A stretch of DNA of 62,991 nucleotides, filler included, from Deltaproteobacteria bacterium (GCA_016283195.1; 3 parts of 3 records of this genome joined end to end with filler, not necessarily neighbours in it); one strand, 5' to 3'. Shown: positions 28,426 to 39,662, numbered from the whole stretch's first letter. Notes: a model not told the origin generated them from the sequence alone. A program made the numbers and translations.

Positions 28426-31400
28426 CTACCTTGAACCGGCTGCATTGTTATGGGCGAGAGCCTGCACGGCAATGTTGTCGCTAATGCCTTTTATAGCTGC
28501 CCGCAAGGCCGAAGAAGGAGTTACTCTTAAATAATCCGGCAATTTTATATGAGCCTCAAAGGCCTTTTGTTTGATAATAGTCATGCTTATGGGCACATCG
28601 CCGTGACAGCTAATGAGGCTGCCTTTTATGGCGCGAATTTGTTCATCGGTGGCATCATCGTAATCGAGCACCAGATTTATGCCGGTAGTTAAGTGCCATA
28701 GTTCCTCGAGCGGCGTGATGGCGGAAATTACCATCTTAGTGGTTTCGCGCTCGCCGTCGTATTCCAAATCGCCGCTTACCATAATGGGTTCATCGCCGTG
28801 AATGAGAGTTTCAAAATTTGGATATAATTTGGGTGGTAAAAAGGCTTCGATGGAGGCGCTTAAATCTTCCAAAGTTAAAAATGCCATGCGTCCGGAGCCG
28901 TCTTTGGTGATTTTTTCTTTTATGGCCGAAATAATGGCTGCTACGCGCACCGAAATGCGCGCTCTTTTGTGGTAACCGCCGTCTTCACTATCACCACCGC
29001 TATTCATGGCCATGAGCTTTTCTTTTACTTCATCGCTATTTAGATTATCAATTGGAGATATATCCCAAACGCCGAAATTTTCCTGGAAATTTTCAAGTGG
29101 ATGGCCTGAGAGATAAAAGCCCAGCGCCTCGTGCTCGGCCCTAAGCTGCTCTTTGTCGCTCCATTTTGCTCCGGGGTCGTAAGTTTCATCACGAATATTG
29201 CTTACATCGACATCCTCGGCGCCAAACATATCAAAGAGGCTTTGCTGGCCGCGCAGTTTATCCTTTTGCACGCGCTGCCCGTGGCTTAGGGCCTTATCTA
29301 TAGCGGCCATCAAAGAACCGCGTTCCTGCCCGAAGCAATCGAGAGAGCCTGATTTTATTAATGATTCAAGTACCTTGCGATTTATTTTGCGCAAGTCCAC
29401 CCGCTCGCAAAATTCAAATAGGGAGACAAAGTGGCCGTTTTGCTGCCGATCTTCCAGAATAACTTCCAGCGCGGTATCGCCCAAACCTTTGATGGCTCCC
29501 AGGCCAAAGCGGATGGTTTTAGGCTCTGGCACAGAGAAGAAGCGCTCGCTCTGGTTGATGCAGGGGGAGAGCACTTTAATGCCCATGGAGCGGGCTTCGG
29601 CTACATAGCGCACCACTTTGTCGGTGTTGCCCATTTCCGTGGAGAGCAAGCCGGCCAAAAACTCGGTAGGGTAATAATATTTTAAATAAGCCGTTTGGTA
29701 GGTGATGAGGGCATAGGCCGCAGAGTGTGATTTATTAAAAGCGTAGCCGGCAAATTTCTCAATTTGTTCATATAGTTCTGTGGCTTTGTCCTTGGGCATG
29801 CCTGATTTTTCAAAAGCGCCATCGACAAATTTCTTTTTGAGCTCGGCCATGACGTCCTTTTTCTTTTTGCCCATAGCCTTTCTGAGCTTATCGGCGCCGC
29901 CCATGGTAAAGCCGCTTAAGGCAACGGAGATTTGCATGACCTGCTCTTGATAAACGATGACACCGTAAGTATTCTTTAAAATATCGGCCAGTACCGGGTG
30001 GGGGTACTCAATCGGCTTGCGGCCATGTTTTCTATCGATGTAATCATCCACCATGCCGGCATCCAAGGGGCCGGGGCGGTAGAGAGCCACAGCGGCTACA
30101 ATATCTTCAAAGCAATCGGGGCGCAGACGCCCTAAAAGTGCTTTAAAGCCGCTGCTTTCCAGCTGAAAGACGCCGTTGGTATCGCCATCGGAGATGCTTT
30201 TATAAATATTGGGATCATCAGTGCCTACAGCCATTAAATCTAGCGGCGGTAGCCCCTCGCGCTCGCGGGCTTTATTGGTGAGGCGCAGCGCTTTATCAAT
30301 GTGTGTTAAGGTTTTTAAGCCCAAAAAGTCAAATTTAACCAGCCCGGCTTCTTCCACCTCCTCTTTGGCATATTGCGAGATGAGCTCGCCATCGTTGGTC
30401 ATGAGCGGCACATATTCCCAAAGCACTTTTTCGCCGATGACCACGCCGGCAGCGTGCATACCTGTTTGGCGGTTTAACCCTTCTAAGGCGCTGGAAATCT
30501 CAATAACCTTGTGCCAGGTGGGATCTTCATCGGCCTTTTGTTTGAGCTTTGGCTCCAGTTGTAAAGCCTGTTCCAGAGTGATGTTTTTGCCATCAATCAT
30601 ATTGGGAATGCCGGTGGTCAGGCTATTTACTTCCGTATAAGGCAGGCCCAGGGATTTGGCCACGTCCTTAATGACCATTTTGGCGCAGAGTTTGCCGAAG
30701 GTGACAATCTGGCCTACATTTTGAGCGCCGTATTTTTGGGTGACATATTCGATAACTTCGCCGCGCCGCTCCTGGCAGAAATCCACATCAAAATCGGGCA
30801 TGGAGATACGTTCGGGATTCAAAAAGCGCTCAAAAATGAGCTGATTCTTGATGGGATCGAGCTCGGTGATGCGTAGGGCATAAGCCACCAGTGAACCGGC
30901 ACCGGAACCGCGGCCGGGCCCCACGGGGATGCCATGCTCTTTGGACCAGTTGATAAAATCCCACACGATGAGGAAGTAGCCGGGAAAATCCATTTTGATG
31001 ATGACTGAGAGCTCATAATCAAGGCGCTCCTGGTAGAGCTTTTTATCCACTTCATAAGAGAGCTCAGTATAGCGCTTTTTTAGGCCGTCGTTACTCAGTT
31101 TTACCAGATAATCGGCGAGAGTGTAGCCCTCCGGCACCTGGTATTTGGGCAGATAGTGGTGGCCGAGATCGAGAGTGACATTGCACATATCGGCAATTTT
31201 CAGTGTGTTTTCCAGCGCTTCAGGGCAAGAAGAACCAAAATTTTCCCACATTTCCTCCGGGCTTTTCACATAGTTTTGGTCGGTATGCTCGTGAGTGGCA
31301 ATGTAATCCGAGAGCAGCACTTTTTGCTGCATGGCCATGAGCGCCTGGTGGGCGGCGGCATCACTTTGGCGCAGATAGTGGGCATCGGCGGTGGCCACCA

Positions 31401-31823
31401 GCGGGAGTTTAAGATACTCGGCTACTTCCATGAGCATTTGGTTGGCTCTTGGCTGATCTTTATAGCCGTTGTGCTGCAACTCCAAAAAATAATGGCCGGG
31501 TTCAAAGAGTTCGGCATATTCTTTAGCTGTGGCAATAGCGGCATCCATGCCGTTTTTAAAATAAGAGCGAATGACTTCGCCGCCCAGGCAGGCACTAGTG
31601 GCAATAATGCCCTCGGTGCGCCCCTTTAGGAGCTCTTTATCTACGCGCGGGTGATAATAAAAGCCCTCTATATTGGCCATGGAGATGAGATACATGAGAT
31701 TTTTATAGCCAATTTCGTTTTTGGCCAAAAGCACCAGGTGATAAGACTCGCGCACTGTGCGATCTTTACGCCCTTTGGGCCCGGCTACATAAGTTTCGCA
31801 GCCCAGTATTGGCTTAATGCCGC
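28426..31823 (-). CDS. dnaE: DNA polymerase III alpha subunit, 5'-truncated at the assembly gap
   Basis: The frame is open back to the gap (GIKPILGCETYV...). GPGRGSGAGS, FERFLNPERISMPDFDVDF, KFDFLGL and YAFNKSH motifs. Confidence 0.96.
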
Positions 31824-31923
31824 NNNNNNNNNNNNNNNNNNNNNNNNNNNNNNNNNNNNNNNNNNNNTTAATTAATTAANNNNNNNNNNNNNNNNNNNNN
31901 NNNNNNNNNNNNNNNNNNNNNNN
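31824..31923. other. Artificial contig linker
   Basis: 44 N + TTAATTAATTAA (stops in all six frames) + 44 N. Confidence 0.95.
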
Positions 31924-32544
31924 GGAGCAATCGGAAGCCCCATCTGGAGGGGTAAGTAATAAGTCGCTGCGTTGATAACCATAAAGGCCGCTAGCATAAA
32001 TACCATGGTTGCCAATACCCACTCTGTTATCATCAATATGTAATACTTTAGCACATTCCCAAAGAGTACCATCACTTTTTAGTGCTTCACCTTCTCCGCA
32101 TTTGGGCAAAGCGCTATCTTGCATGGCATTAAAGCTTAAATGCTCTGGTGTGATACAACCATCACAAAAAATCGTGTTGGCCACTTCGGCATGTTCGGCC
32201 GCTATGGCATAAGGCACGCTGTTGATAGGGAGGCGCGGCAAAAGTTCTTCACCATCAACACTGATGGCAAGTTCCAGCCTGGTGGCCCCAGCTACCAAAG
32301 CGGCATCCACATTGGGGATAACCAAAGTATAAAGGCCGGATTCAATATCCTTTTGCTCTTCGTTTTCGGCCACAATAGTATCGCGTTCATTGTAAATGGC
32401 CGCGTGAATGGTATGCTGGCCATTTACCAATTGGCCATTTTCTTTTAAAACACCATGATGAGTAAAAGAGAGAGGCACAGCAGCAAGAGCTCCATTTGTC
32501 CCCAAGAGAAAAGCCAGCAAAAACGCCATGATTTTCTGTTTCAT
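31924..32544 (-). CDS. Secreted protein, 3'-truncated; N-terminal module typical of tail-fibre/collagen-like surface proteins
   Basis: GGAGG RBS before ATG 32544; signal peptide; VPLSFTHHGVL...SGLYTL...L.ISVDGEELLPRLPINSVPYA..AE.A; CGEGEALKSDGTLWEC. Confidence 0.65.
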
Positions 32545-32785
32545 TACAACCTCCTCCATGTTAGCGTCCCCTTCCTGGGACTAACTAAATATTTATTCAT
32601 TTTTCTGCCTTGGGCAATAAATATTTAAGCCGGCCTGGAAATTTGGGATAGTAAAAGCCTAGTTCCTTAGTTGAAATAAGTATATATATTCAACAGCGGA
32701 AAGGAACGTAAGATAACCAGAAAAGACCTAAAAGCAGCAGTGACATGAAAAGCTGAATATAAAACGGGCTGGCGGAGGTTAAAAA

Positions 32786-34066
32786 ATGGCCAATTTGGTT
32801 ATAACTAACGGCTGCAATTTACATTGCCCCTTTTGCTTTGCTTCGGAGTATCGCCGGGAGCCGGGAGCGGCTCAGGAAATGAGCCTGGCGGAATTTGCCT
32901 TCGAGCTGGATTTTACCGCCGGTGAGTGCGTGCGCCTTTGCGGCGGCGAGCCGACTCTGCATAGCCATTTTGGCGAATTTATGGATTTTATTCTAAATAA
33001 CACCGCTAAAAGCATTTTTATTATGACTAACGGCCTCTGGCCGGAAAAGGTCTCAAATTATATAGCCGGGCTAAAAAGGAGCCATAAAAAGCGCCTTAAT
33101 TTCATGGTAAACGTGCTGGAGAAAAGCGCTTATAATATTGCGGAAAGAGAGCTTTTAGAAAAAACGCTAAAACTTTTACCAAAAGAGCGCACTACTATAG
33201 CCATCACCATTTATAACGCTCAGCCGGATTTTAGCTATCACCTTGAACTTATTGACAAATTTTCTTTTACTTGCCTGCGCTACAGCCTGGCGGCGCCCAA
33301 TATTTCCGACCCGCGCAGTTGGCATTTTATAAGTGAGCGCCATTTTTACCGTTTGGGCCAAACGCTCACCGCCTTACTAAAAGAAGCCATAAAAAGAGGC
33401 ATTTATTTGCAAGCCGATTGCGGCTATCTGCCGCGCTGTTACTGGCCGGAAGAAGCACTGGATATTTTGGAAAGCCGCCAGGGGAAGCAGGCCGATATAG
33501 CTTTTAATTGTCACGGCCCCATAGATATAGGCCCTTTGGGCCATGCCTGGCGCTGCTTCGGGTTAAAAAGTCTAACCACGGTAAACACCCATAATTATAC
33601 TGATTATTTGGAGTTGCAAGAAGAGATAGAAGACATTAGCCACTCCTTCACCCAGAATTTTCTAAAAGAGGAATGCCGCCTTTGCCCTTACCGCCTGGCC
33701 AAAAAATGTATGGGCGGTTGCCTCGCTATGCGTAAAGTAAATGCGCTTCTAAAAGAGACCGAGACACTGGGCCTAGATTTCGGGAACGATATAGAGCTGC
33801 TTGAAGCCAAAGCCATAAGGGACGAGAAGCGCCTAATGGTTTTTAAGAGCCCCAAAGGGCCAAAGCTAATGTGCCAAACTGCCGGTGAATGGGAAGAATT
33901 TTTGGCCGATAAAGATATTACTGCCCTACTCCTTTCTCTTAATGGCCGAGAGAACTTGGGGTATTTTATAGAGCGTCTCTCCCTAGCCGCCGGTACCCCC
34001 GGGCTGCTCCGCAAGGTGCGGGAACTCTATGCCCAAGGGTTAATTTTGCTGCGTCCAGGCGAGTAA
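32786..34066 (+). CDS. Radical SAM protein with a SPASM-type C-terminal Cys cluster
   Basis: CNLHCPFC, GGEPTLH, C..PIDIGP.G.AWRC and CRLC...CMGGC motifs; GGAGG RBS. Confidence 0.88.
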   Translation: MANLVITNGCNLHCPFCFASEYRREPGAAQEMSLAEFAFELDFTAGECVRLCGGEPTLHSHFGEFMDFILNNTAKSIFIMTNGLWPEKVSNYIAGLKRSHKKRLNFMVNVLEKSAYNIAERELLEKTLKLLPKERTTIAITIYNAQPDFSYHLELIDKFSFTCLRYSLAAPNISDPRSWHFISERHFYRLGQTLTALLKEAIKRGIYLQADCGYLPRCYWPEEALDILESRQGKQADIAFNCHGPIDIGPLGHAWRCFGLKSLTTVNTHNYTDYLELQEEIEDISHSFTQNFLKEECRLCPYRLAKKCMGGCLAMRKVNALLKETETLGLDFGNDIELLEAKAIRDEKRLMVFKSPKGPKLMCQTAGEWEEFLADKDITALLLSLNGRENLGYFIERLSLAAGTPGLLRKVRELYAQGLILLRPGE

Positions 34067-34212
34067 AAAGAAAAAAGAAGGCAATAATTACCTCTTAACT
34101 TACTTTATCACTTGAATTTGCTTCACTCATTTAGTATCTTTCCGCCCGGAGTATTTTACCCAAATTTTCGGCCAAATAGCCGTAAATTTGTTTTATCAGC
34201 GAGATTTGTTTC

Positions 34213-35745
34213 ATGCGTTTTTACTGTGCGAAATGCCAGGCTAAATACAGTATAGATGATAGCAAGCTTCCTCCGGGAAAAGTATTGCGCCTCTCCTGTA
34301 AAAAGTGCCAATCTACTATTAGAATCAGCGATGGCAAAGTGCTTGAAGGAGCTACTTTGCGCGAAGCGGCTCCTGCTCCCGCCAAATCTGCGCCGGCTCC
34401 TTTGGAAAAAGTTGCCACCAAAAGCAAAGCCGGCAGCAGCGGCGAACGCTGGTATATTTTAATCGGCCAGGAGCGCCAAGGTCCCATCAGCAAAGAGGCT
34501 TTAATCGACAAATGCCGCAATAAAATCATAGATAAACACTCATTTATCTGGCACAAAGGCATGGCTAGCTGGGAACGGCTTTCCGAGGTGCCGGAGTTCA
34601 AAGAACTGGCTGAGGAAGTAGGCACAGCGCCTTGGCGGGTAGCCGCGCCCATATCAGATGCCGAAGCCGCCGAGCTCACACGCCAAAATCAGGATTCCCT
34701 CTCGGCCGGCGCCAGACAAGGACAAGCCGTTTCGGCCGATATGTTACCCAGCGAGCTTTCATTTTCCGCTTATGATACTCTTATGGATGCCCCAATGGAT
34801 GCCAACGTGGGGCGCGTTGTCAATAAAGATGGTTCCACATCAGAAGAAATGCCGCTCATCTCCCCGATGCCCATGGAGCCGGTAACCAGCGAATATTACA
34901 ATGCTCCTCCAGGGGAAGCCACCAAAATATTCTATGCTACTGCCGGCATTTACAAGCGGCGCAAAAATCACAAAATTGCCGCTATTGCCATTTCCTGCGC
35001 CTTTGCTCTTTTGGTGACTTTTATTGTCTGCGATGCCAATGGCTGGATTCAGCTCCCCGGTATGGGCGCTTTTTATGAAAAAACCGATATGCTGGATCCC
35101 AATAAAGAGCGTGGTATCGAGCGCATTCAAACTAAACTCACGCGTAAAGATATTACTCCCGAAGAGCGTGAAGCCTTAAGGCGTAAACTCCATCTCTATG
35201 AGGAAGTGGATGTAAATAGCTTAAAGCAGGTTAAAGGCAAACAAAACACCGCCAAAAAAGGCAAAGGCAGTGTTAAAGGAGCCCAGGCTACAGCTCAAAC
35301 GCCCGAATATCACGAAGAATTTAAAGAAGAGGCCCCAGCTGCTAAAGGTACCCAGCAGGATCTTTTGGCCGCTATGTACAGCGACAGCCGCAAAAAAGAT
35401 ACCAAAGTTGAACTCAAGCTGGAAAACAAAGTGTCGGTCTCCGATTTGCCGGCCGGTCTTACTCAGGAAGCTATTTCCCAAGTCATCGGCGAAAGCAAAG
35501 GAGCCCTTCGCCTCTGCACTGCCGAAGCCATCAAAGCCGGTGAAAAAATAAACGGGCGCATGGAAGTGGAATTTACTATTACCGGCAACGGGAAAGTCAG
35601 CGAAGTGACTATTCCCACAAAGAAATTTAAAGACAGCAAAATGGCCGGTTGCGTAAGCCGTAGTGTTAAGCGGTGGATCTTCCCCAAATTTAACGGCGAA
35701 CCGGTAACCGTATCCTATCCTATTATTATTACCCTTGGCATTTAA
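34213..35745 (+). CDS. gltJ: GltJ/AgmX-like protein: zinc ribbon, GYF_2, TM, AgmX/PglI C-terminal (TonB-C-like) domain
   Basis: CAKCQAKY...CKKC; WYILIGQERQGP...IWHKGMASW; C-terminal GRMEVEFTI..GKV...CV...WIFPKF.GEPVTVSYP. Confidence 0.72.
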   Translation: MRFYCAKCQAKYSIDDSKLPPGKVLRLSCKKCQSTIRISDGKVLEGATLREAAPAPAKSAPAPLEKVATKSKAGSSGERWYILIGQERQGPISKEALIDKCRNKIIDKHSFIWHKGMASWERLSEVPEFKELAEEVGTAPWRVAAPISDAEAAELTRQNQDSLSAGARQGQAVSADMLPSELSFSAYDTLMDAPMDANVGRVVNKDGSTSEEMPLISPMPMEPVTSEYYNAPPGEATKIFYATAGIYKRRKNHKIAAIAISCAFALLVTFIVCDANGWIQLPGMGAFYEKTDMLDPNKERGIERIQTKLTRKDITPEEREALRRKLHLYEEVDVNSLKQVKGKQNTAKKGKGSVKGAQATAQTPEYHEEFKEEAPAAKGTQQDLLAAMYSDSRKKDTKVELKLENKVSVSDLPAGLTQEAISQVIGESKGALRLCTAEAIKAGEKINGRMEVEFTITGNGKVSEVTIPTKKFKDSKMAGCVSRSVKRWIFPKFNGEPVTVSYPIIITLGI

Positions 35746-35767
35746 CTTATTAGCGGAGCAGGGAGAG

Positions 35768-38416
35768 ATGGGAACAGAATTAGCTACATACCTGGTAAAG
35801 CACGATGTCCTGACCGAAGCACAGGCGGATGAGTTGCTAAAACGCATGGTATTAAGCGGTGGCTCTTTCGACACTCAGCTTCTGGAATGTGACATTTTAG
35901 GTGAAACAGGCTGCTTAAAGGCCATGCATGAAGCCTTTGGCATAGGGGTTGTCACCAAGCAGGATATAGATACTACTCCTCCGGAAGTGGCTATAACTTT
36001 TCCTCTTATCTTTGCCCAAATGCATAATTTGGTGCCGCACCGTTTTCAAAATGGCGCCTTGGTAGTGCTGGCAGCAACGCCGCCAAGCGAAAACGAAATG
36101 GCCAATATTGTTCAGCGGCTGGGCGTCAAAGTGGAAGTACGTCTCACTCCGGAGGCGCGCCTGCACTATGCTCTGAATAAGATGTATGGCCTGGAGATTC
36201 CGCCGCGTTTTAGCAAACTTTTGGCCAAAATGGACGGCGAAGCTATCAACAAGCGCTCCATCGCCCGCATGAAAGCTGTCTGGGCTCTCACCAGCAAACC
36301 CATACCGGAGCAGAATATCAGCGTTGGCGAAGTTTCAAAACGCATTGATGCCGCCTCAATACGCAAAGAATTAATAAAAGCCGGTGACCGCGATGCCATA
36401 GTAGATCTGCTATTGGAAGCTGTGCTCACTAATTTCAATTTTGTCGCCATTTTTACCGTAGTGCATAATACCATCAGCGGCTGGGCAGCCATGGGCGGTC
36501 ACGGTGACGAGCGCGTGCAGGATATTTCCCTCGATGTATCGGCACCGAGTATGTTGCAAACTGTCGTAAAAACCCAATCTCCATATTTGGGGCGCGTGCC
36601 CAAAACAGCCACCAACCGCACTATTTTGGAAACTATGGGGCGTTCCTGGCCACCGGCGGCTTTTTTAGCCCCGCTAAGAGTCAGCGGCAAAGTGGTGGCC
36701 GTGCTCTACGGCGATACCAGCATTGTAAAATTTTCCAATGAGTCGGTGAAAGATCTTTTGGTTATTGTGGCCGCTGCCGCCAAAGGGCTGGAAAATGTCA
36801 TCAGGAAAAACAAGCGCCAATTACAAAAATCATTGGAAATTGCCAAAGCTGAAGAGGCATCGGAAACATTAGTAAAATCAGAGCCGCCGGCCATGCAGCC
36901 GGCGCCAGAAGCTGTGCAGCCAGTGCCTGAAGCCGTACAGCCAGTGCCTGAAGCTGTGCAGCCAGCGCCAGAAGCCGTACAGCCAGCACCTGAAGCCGTG
37001 CAGCCAGCGCCTGAAGCCGTACAGCCAGCGCCAGAAGCCGTGCAGCCAGCGCCTGAAGCCGTGCAGCCAGCGCCTGAAGCTGTGCAGCCAGTGTCTGAAG
37101 CCGTGCAGCCAGCGCCTGAAGCCGTGCAGCCAGCGCCTGAAGCTGTGCAGCCAGTGTCTGAAGCCGTACAACCAGCGTCTGAAGCCGTACAACCTACGCC
37201 TGAGCCTATTAAACCTGTAGCCCCGGTAACCACCGGCTCCCTCTCCTCAATTCTCGGCCAAACACTGCTCTCTGCTCCTCTAGCCGTAACCGAGGACGAC
37301 ACCGATGATGACGACGGCTGGGACGATGTGGCCGTAGAAGCTGATACCATCACCAGCTTACCCGGCACCGGCGAAGGTGAAGAAGAGGAAGAAGAAGGCC
37401 CGGAAAGCGCGCCGGCCGAGGAGATAGCAGGCGCCGGCGGACGCAGTGCCGAATTAATAAAGAGCTGGAATCTGGTTATTGCCCAAATTCGCGAAAACGG
37501 CGCCGGGGGCGCCGGGGCCATAGCTCAGGCGCCGGCACCGGAACCGGTTGATTTAAATACCAAACTCACGGCAGCCATCCGCGAACTTTTGTCCGAATTG
37601 CAAAGCAATCAACTTGATCCTTTCTCCTTTCAACAAGTGGAAGCCCAGCTTATCGCCATGCCAGATGAGCTGCTCATCCCGGAATTAATTGCCGTTTTCC
37701 CCGGCAACTTAACGGTTGATCCCTTTATGCCCGGAGTGCGTCTCCCCGTGCCGGAGGAGCTTTCGGCCGTTCTCGCTCTCCTAATGCATTTAGGCAGCCG
37801 CGCCGAACCGGTGATTAAAGAGGCCCTTTCGGCCGGTGAGGCGCGGCACCGCTTTGTGGCCGCTTATCTTTTAAGCCGTGTCTATTTACCGCAAATTATA
37901 GAAGATCTCGGCCTGCTCCTCTATGATAGTGAATCAAAAGTGCGTTTTGCCGCCGCGTACGCCATGCGCCGCTATTGTCACACCCCGGAATATGAGCAGG
38001 TGCTGGCAACAGTCAGGGAGCAATTAAATCAATCGGATCTGCCCGGGCAACTGGCAGCCATTCAGCTGCTCTCTCAGCTGCGTGATTCCCGCTCGGTGCC
38101 GGAATTAATCGATATTTTGCATAGCGGCAGCACGGCTCTTATTACTTCGGCCACAGCCGCTCTGCTTACTATTACCGGCCAGGCTTATGGCAATAATATT
38201 CAGTACTGGCTGGCCTGGTGGCAATCGCACTATAATGTCTCGCGTGAGTATTGGCTTTTGGAAGGCCTTGTTCATCAGGATCCCACCGTCCGCCAGGTGG
38301 CTAATGCCGAACTTCAGGCCATTACCGGCTTTAATGCCGGCTTTAATCCGCGCGACAGCGAAGAAAAGCGCCAGGCTGCCCTGGCTCGTTGGCAAAATTA
38401 TTTTGCCAAAAGATAA
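35768..38416 (+). CDS. FrgA-like protein: GSPII_N/MshEN-like N-terminus, GAF-like domain, low-complexity linker, HEAT repeats
   Basis: ELATYLVKHDVLT...GGSFDTQLLE; DRDAIVDLLL...PLRVSGKVVAVLYGD; C-terminal HEAT repeats ending W..WW. Start reassigned to ATG 35768. Confidence 0.65.
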   Translation: MGTELATYLVKHDVLTEAQADELLKRMVLSGGSFDTQLLECDILGETGCLKAMHEAFGIGVVTKQDIDTTPPEVAITFPLIFAQMHNLVPHRFQNGALVVLAATPPSENEMANIVQRLGVKVEVRLTPEARLHYALNKMYGLEIPPRFSKLLAKMDGEAINKRSIARMKAVWALTSKPIPEQNISVGEVSKRIDAASIRKELIKAGDRDAIVDLLLEAVLTNFNFVAIFTVVHNTISGWAAMGGHGDERVQDISLDVSAPSMLQTVVKTQSPYLGRVPKTATNRTILETMGRSWPPAAFLAPLRVSGKVVAVLYGDTSIVKFSNESVKDLLVIVAAAAKGLENVIRKNKRQLQKSLEIAKAEEASETLVKSEPPAMQPAPEAVQPVPEAVQPVPEAVQPAPEAVQPAPEAVQPAPEAVQPAPEAVQPAPEAVQPAPEAVQPVSEAVQPAPEAVQPAPEAVQPVSEAVQPASEAVQPTPEPIKPVAPVTTGSLSSILGQTLLSAPLAVTEDDTDDDDGWDDVAVEADTITSLPGTGEGEEEEEEGPESAPAEEIAGAGGRSAELIKSWNLVIAQIRENGAGGAGAIAQAPAPEPVDLNTKLTAAIRELLSELQSNQLDPFSFQQVEAQLIAMPDELLIPELIAVFPGNLTVDPFMPGVRLPVPEELSAVLALLMHLGSRAEPVIKEALSAGEARHRFVAAYLLSRVYLPQIIEDLGLLLYDSESKVRFAAAYAMRRYCHTPEYEQVLATVREQLNQSDLPGQLAAIQLLSQLRDSRSVPELIDILHSGSTALITSATAALLTITGQAYGNNIQYWLAWWQSHYNVSREYWLLEGLVHQDPTVRQVANAELQAITGFNAGFNPRDSEEKRQAALARWQNYFAKR
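36908..37201 (+). repeat. In-frame tandem repeat, 14 x 21 bp (GAAGCYGTRCAGCCAGYGCCT, encoding EAVQPAP)
   Basis: Fourteen consecutive 21-nt units counted directly. Confidence 0.95.
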
Positions 38417-38496
38417 TTCTTTTTCGCCCCTTGCCCCATGAGGCTGGTGGCGTTATGTTTTAAGCGGCGCTAATGCTGCACTCCGCCGAGGACAAT

Positions 38497-39231
38497 ATGA
38501 GGTTGGCTATCTTCTCCGATGCCCATGGCAACATAGAAGCTCTGGAAGAGGTTTTGAAATATTTACGCGGACAAAAAATTGATCGCTATATTTTCTTAGG
38601 CGATGCCGTAGGTTATGGTCCTAACCCCAATGAGGTGTGCGCAGCCTTGCGCTCTCTACCTAATCTGGTGGCTGTTTTGGGTAATCACGACGCGGCAGTC
38701 AGCGGCCGTATGCCATATAAAGATTATTATGAAGCAGCTCGCAAAGCTCTGGACTGGACAGTGAGCCGCCTTTCCAGCGATAATCTGTCCTGGCTCTCCT
38801 CACTGCCTTATAAACACAGCGAAGGTGATTTTACCTTTTCCCACGGCTCACCCCTCTCACCGGCATCTTTTGATTATATCTTTTTGCCAGAGCAACTTCT
38901 CGATGTCTATGATGAGTGGGATTCTTTTTCACACCTCACTTTTATCGGCCATTCTCATTTAACTATCGCCTTTAAATTTAATGATACCGAAGTTACCCCA
39001 TTGGTACTCGATAAAATAAAGTGCGCGCCGGAGTTTAAATATGTCATCACCGTGGGCAGCGTCGGCCAGCCTCGCGATAACGATCCCAGAGCCTGCTGTG
39101 GCATTTTCGACAGCAAAGATTCTACCTTTACTTACAAGCGGCTCCCTTATGACAACGAAAAAACCAGGCAAAAAATCATTGATGCCGGTTTGGCTCCTGC
39201 TTTTGGCGACCGCTTGCTTATCGGCATGTAA
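38497..39231 (+). CDS. Metallophosphoesterase (calcineurin-like)
   Basis: SDAHGN, LGDAVGYG, GNHD, HGSP, GHSH and GSVGQPRD motifs. Confidence 0.92.
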   Translation: MRLAIFSDAHGNIEALEEVLKYLRGQKIDRYIFLGDAVGYGPNPNEVCAALRSLPNLVAVLGNHDAAVSGRMPYKDYYEAARKALDWTVSRLSSDNLSWLSSLPYKHSEGDFTFSHGSPLSPASFDYIFLPEQLLDVYDEWDSFSHLTFIGHSHLTIAFKFNDTEVTPLVLDKIKCAPEFKYVITVGSVGQPRDNDPRACCGIFDSKDSTFTYKRLPYDNEKTRQKIIDAGLAPAFGDRLLIGM

Positions 39232-39661
39232 TAGCCAAAAAGAACCGCAGGCCAAAACAACTGCCGCTTTAGGCGAGACGCTAAATGATGCCTCTATAAG
39301 CAAAGAGGCCAGGGCAGCCGTTCTGCGCGAACTCGCCCAAAGAGGCGAAGCGGCAGCTATTCCCTATATCGATACCTATCTGGCTACGGAAAGAGAGGCC
39401 GATCTTTTTATCATGGCCCTGGGAGCTCTGGTGGCTACCGGGCGCGAGGAGGCCGCTCATGTAATCATCGAGCATACTAAAAAAAAGAGCCCGGATATGG
39501 TAGTACAAATGATTTATGCCTTAGAACAGCTCCCCGGAGCGGAAAGTGAGGCCTTTTTAATGACCATGGCGCATGGTTATCCCGATAATAAAGTTCGCGA
39601 GACTGCCAAAAATGTGTTAAAAAACAAAAAGCGTTTTGCGCCAACGAGCGGAGAAAACTAA
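39182..39661 (+). CDS. HEAT-repeat lipoprotein
   Basis: Lipobox LSAC after a hydrophobic stretch, then HEAT-like helices. The start is uncertain and overlaps the upstream gene by about 50 nt. Confidence 0.6.
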   Translation: MPVWLLLLATACLSACNSQKEPQAKTTAALGETLNDASISKEARAAVLRELAQRGEAAAIPYIDTYLATEREADLFIMALGALVATGREEAAHVIIEHTKKKSPDMVVQMIYALEQLPGAESEAFLMTMAHGYPDNKVRETAKNVLKNKKRFAPTSGEN

Positions 39662-39662
39662 G

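Noticed and set aside
31868-31879. TTAATTAATTAA palindrome as a biological motif, and ORFs spanning the N runs
   Set aside because: It is an all-frame-stop linker embedded in Ns and repeated identically at 58396-58407.
36908-37201. Regular 21-bp repeats as a CRISPR array
   Set aside because: The units are head-to-tail with no unique spacers, lie in frame inside a CDS, and no cas genes are present.
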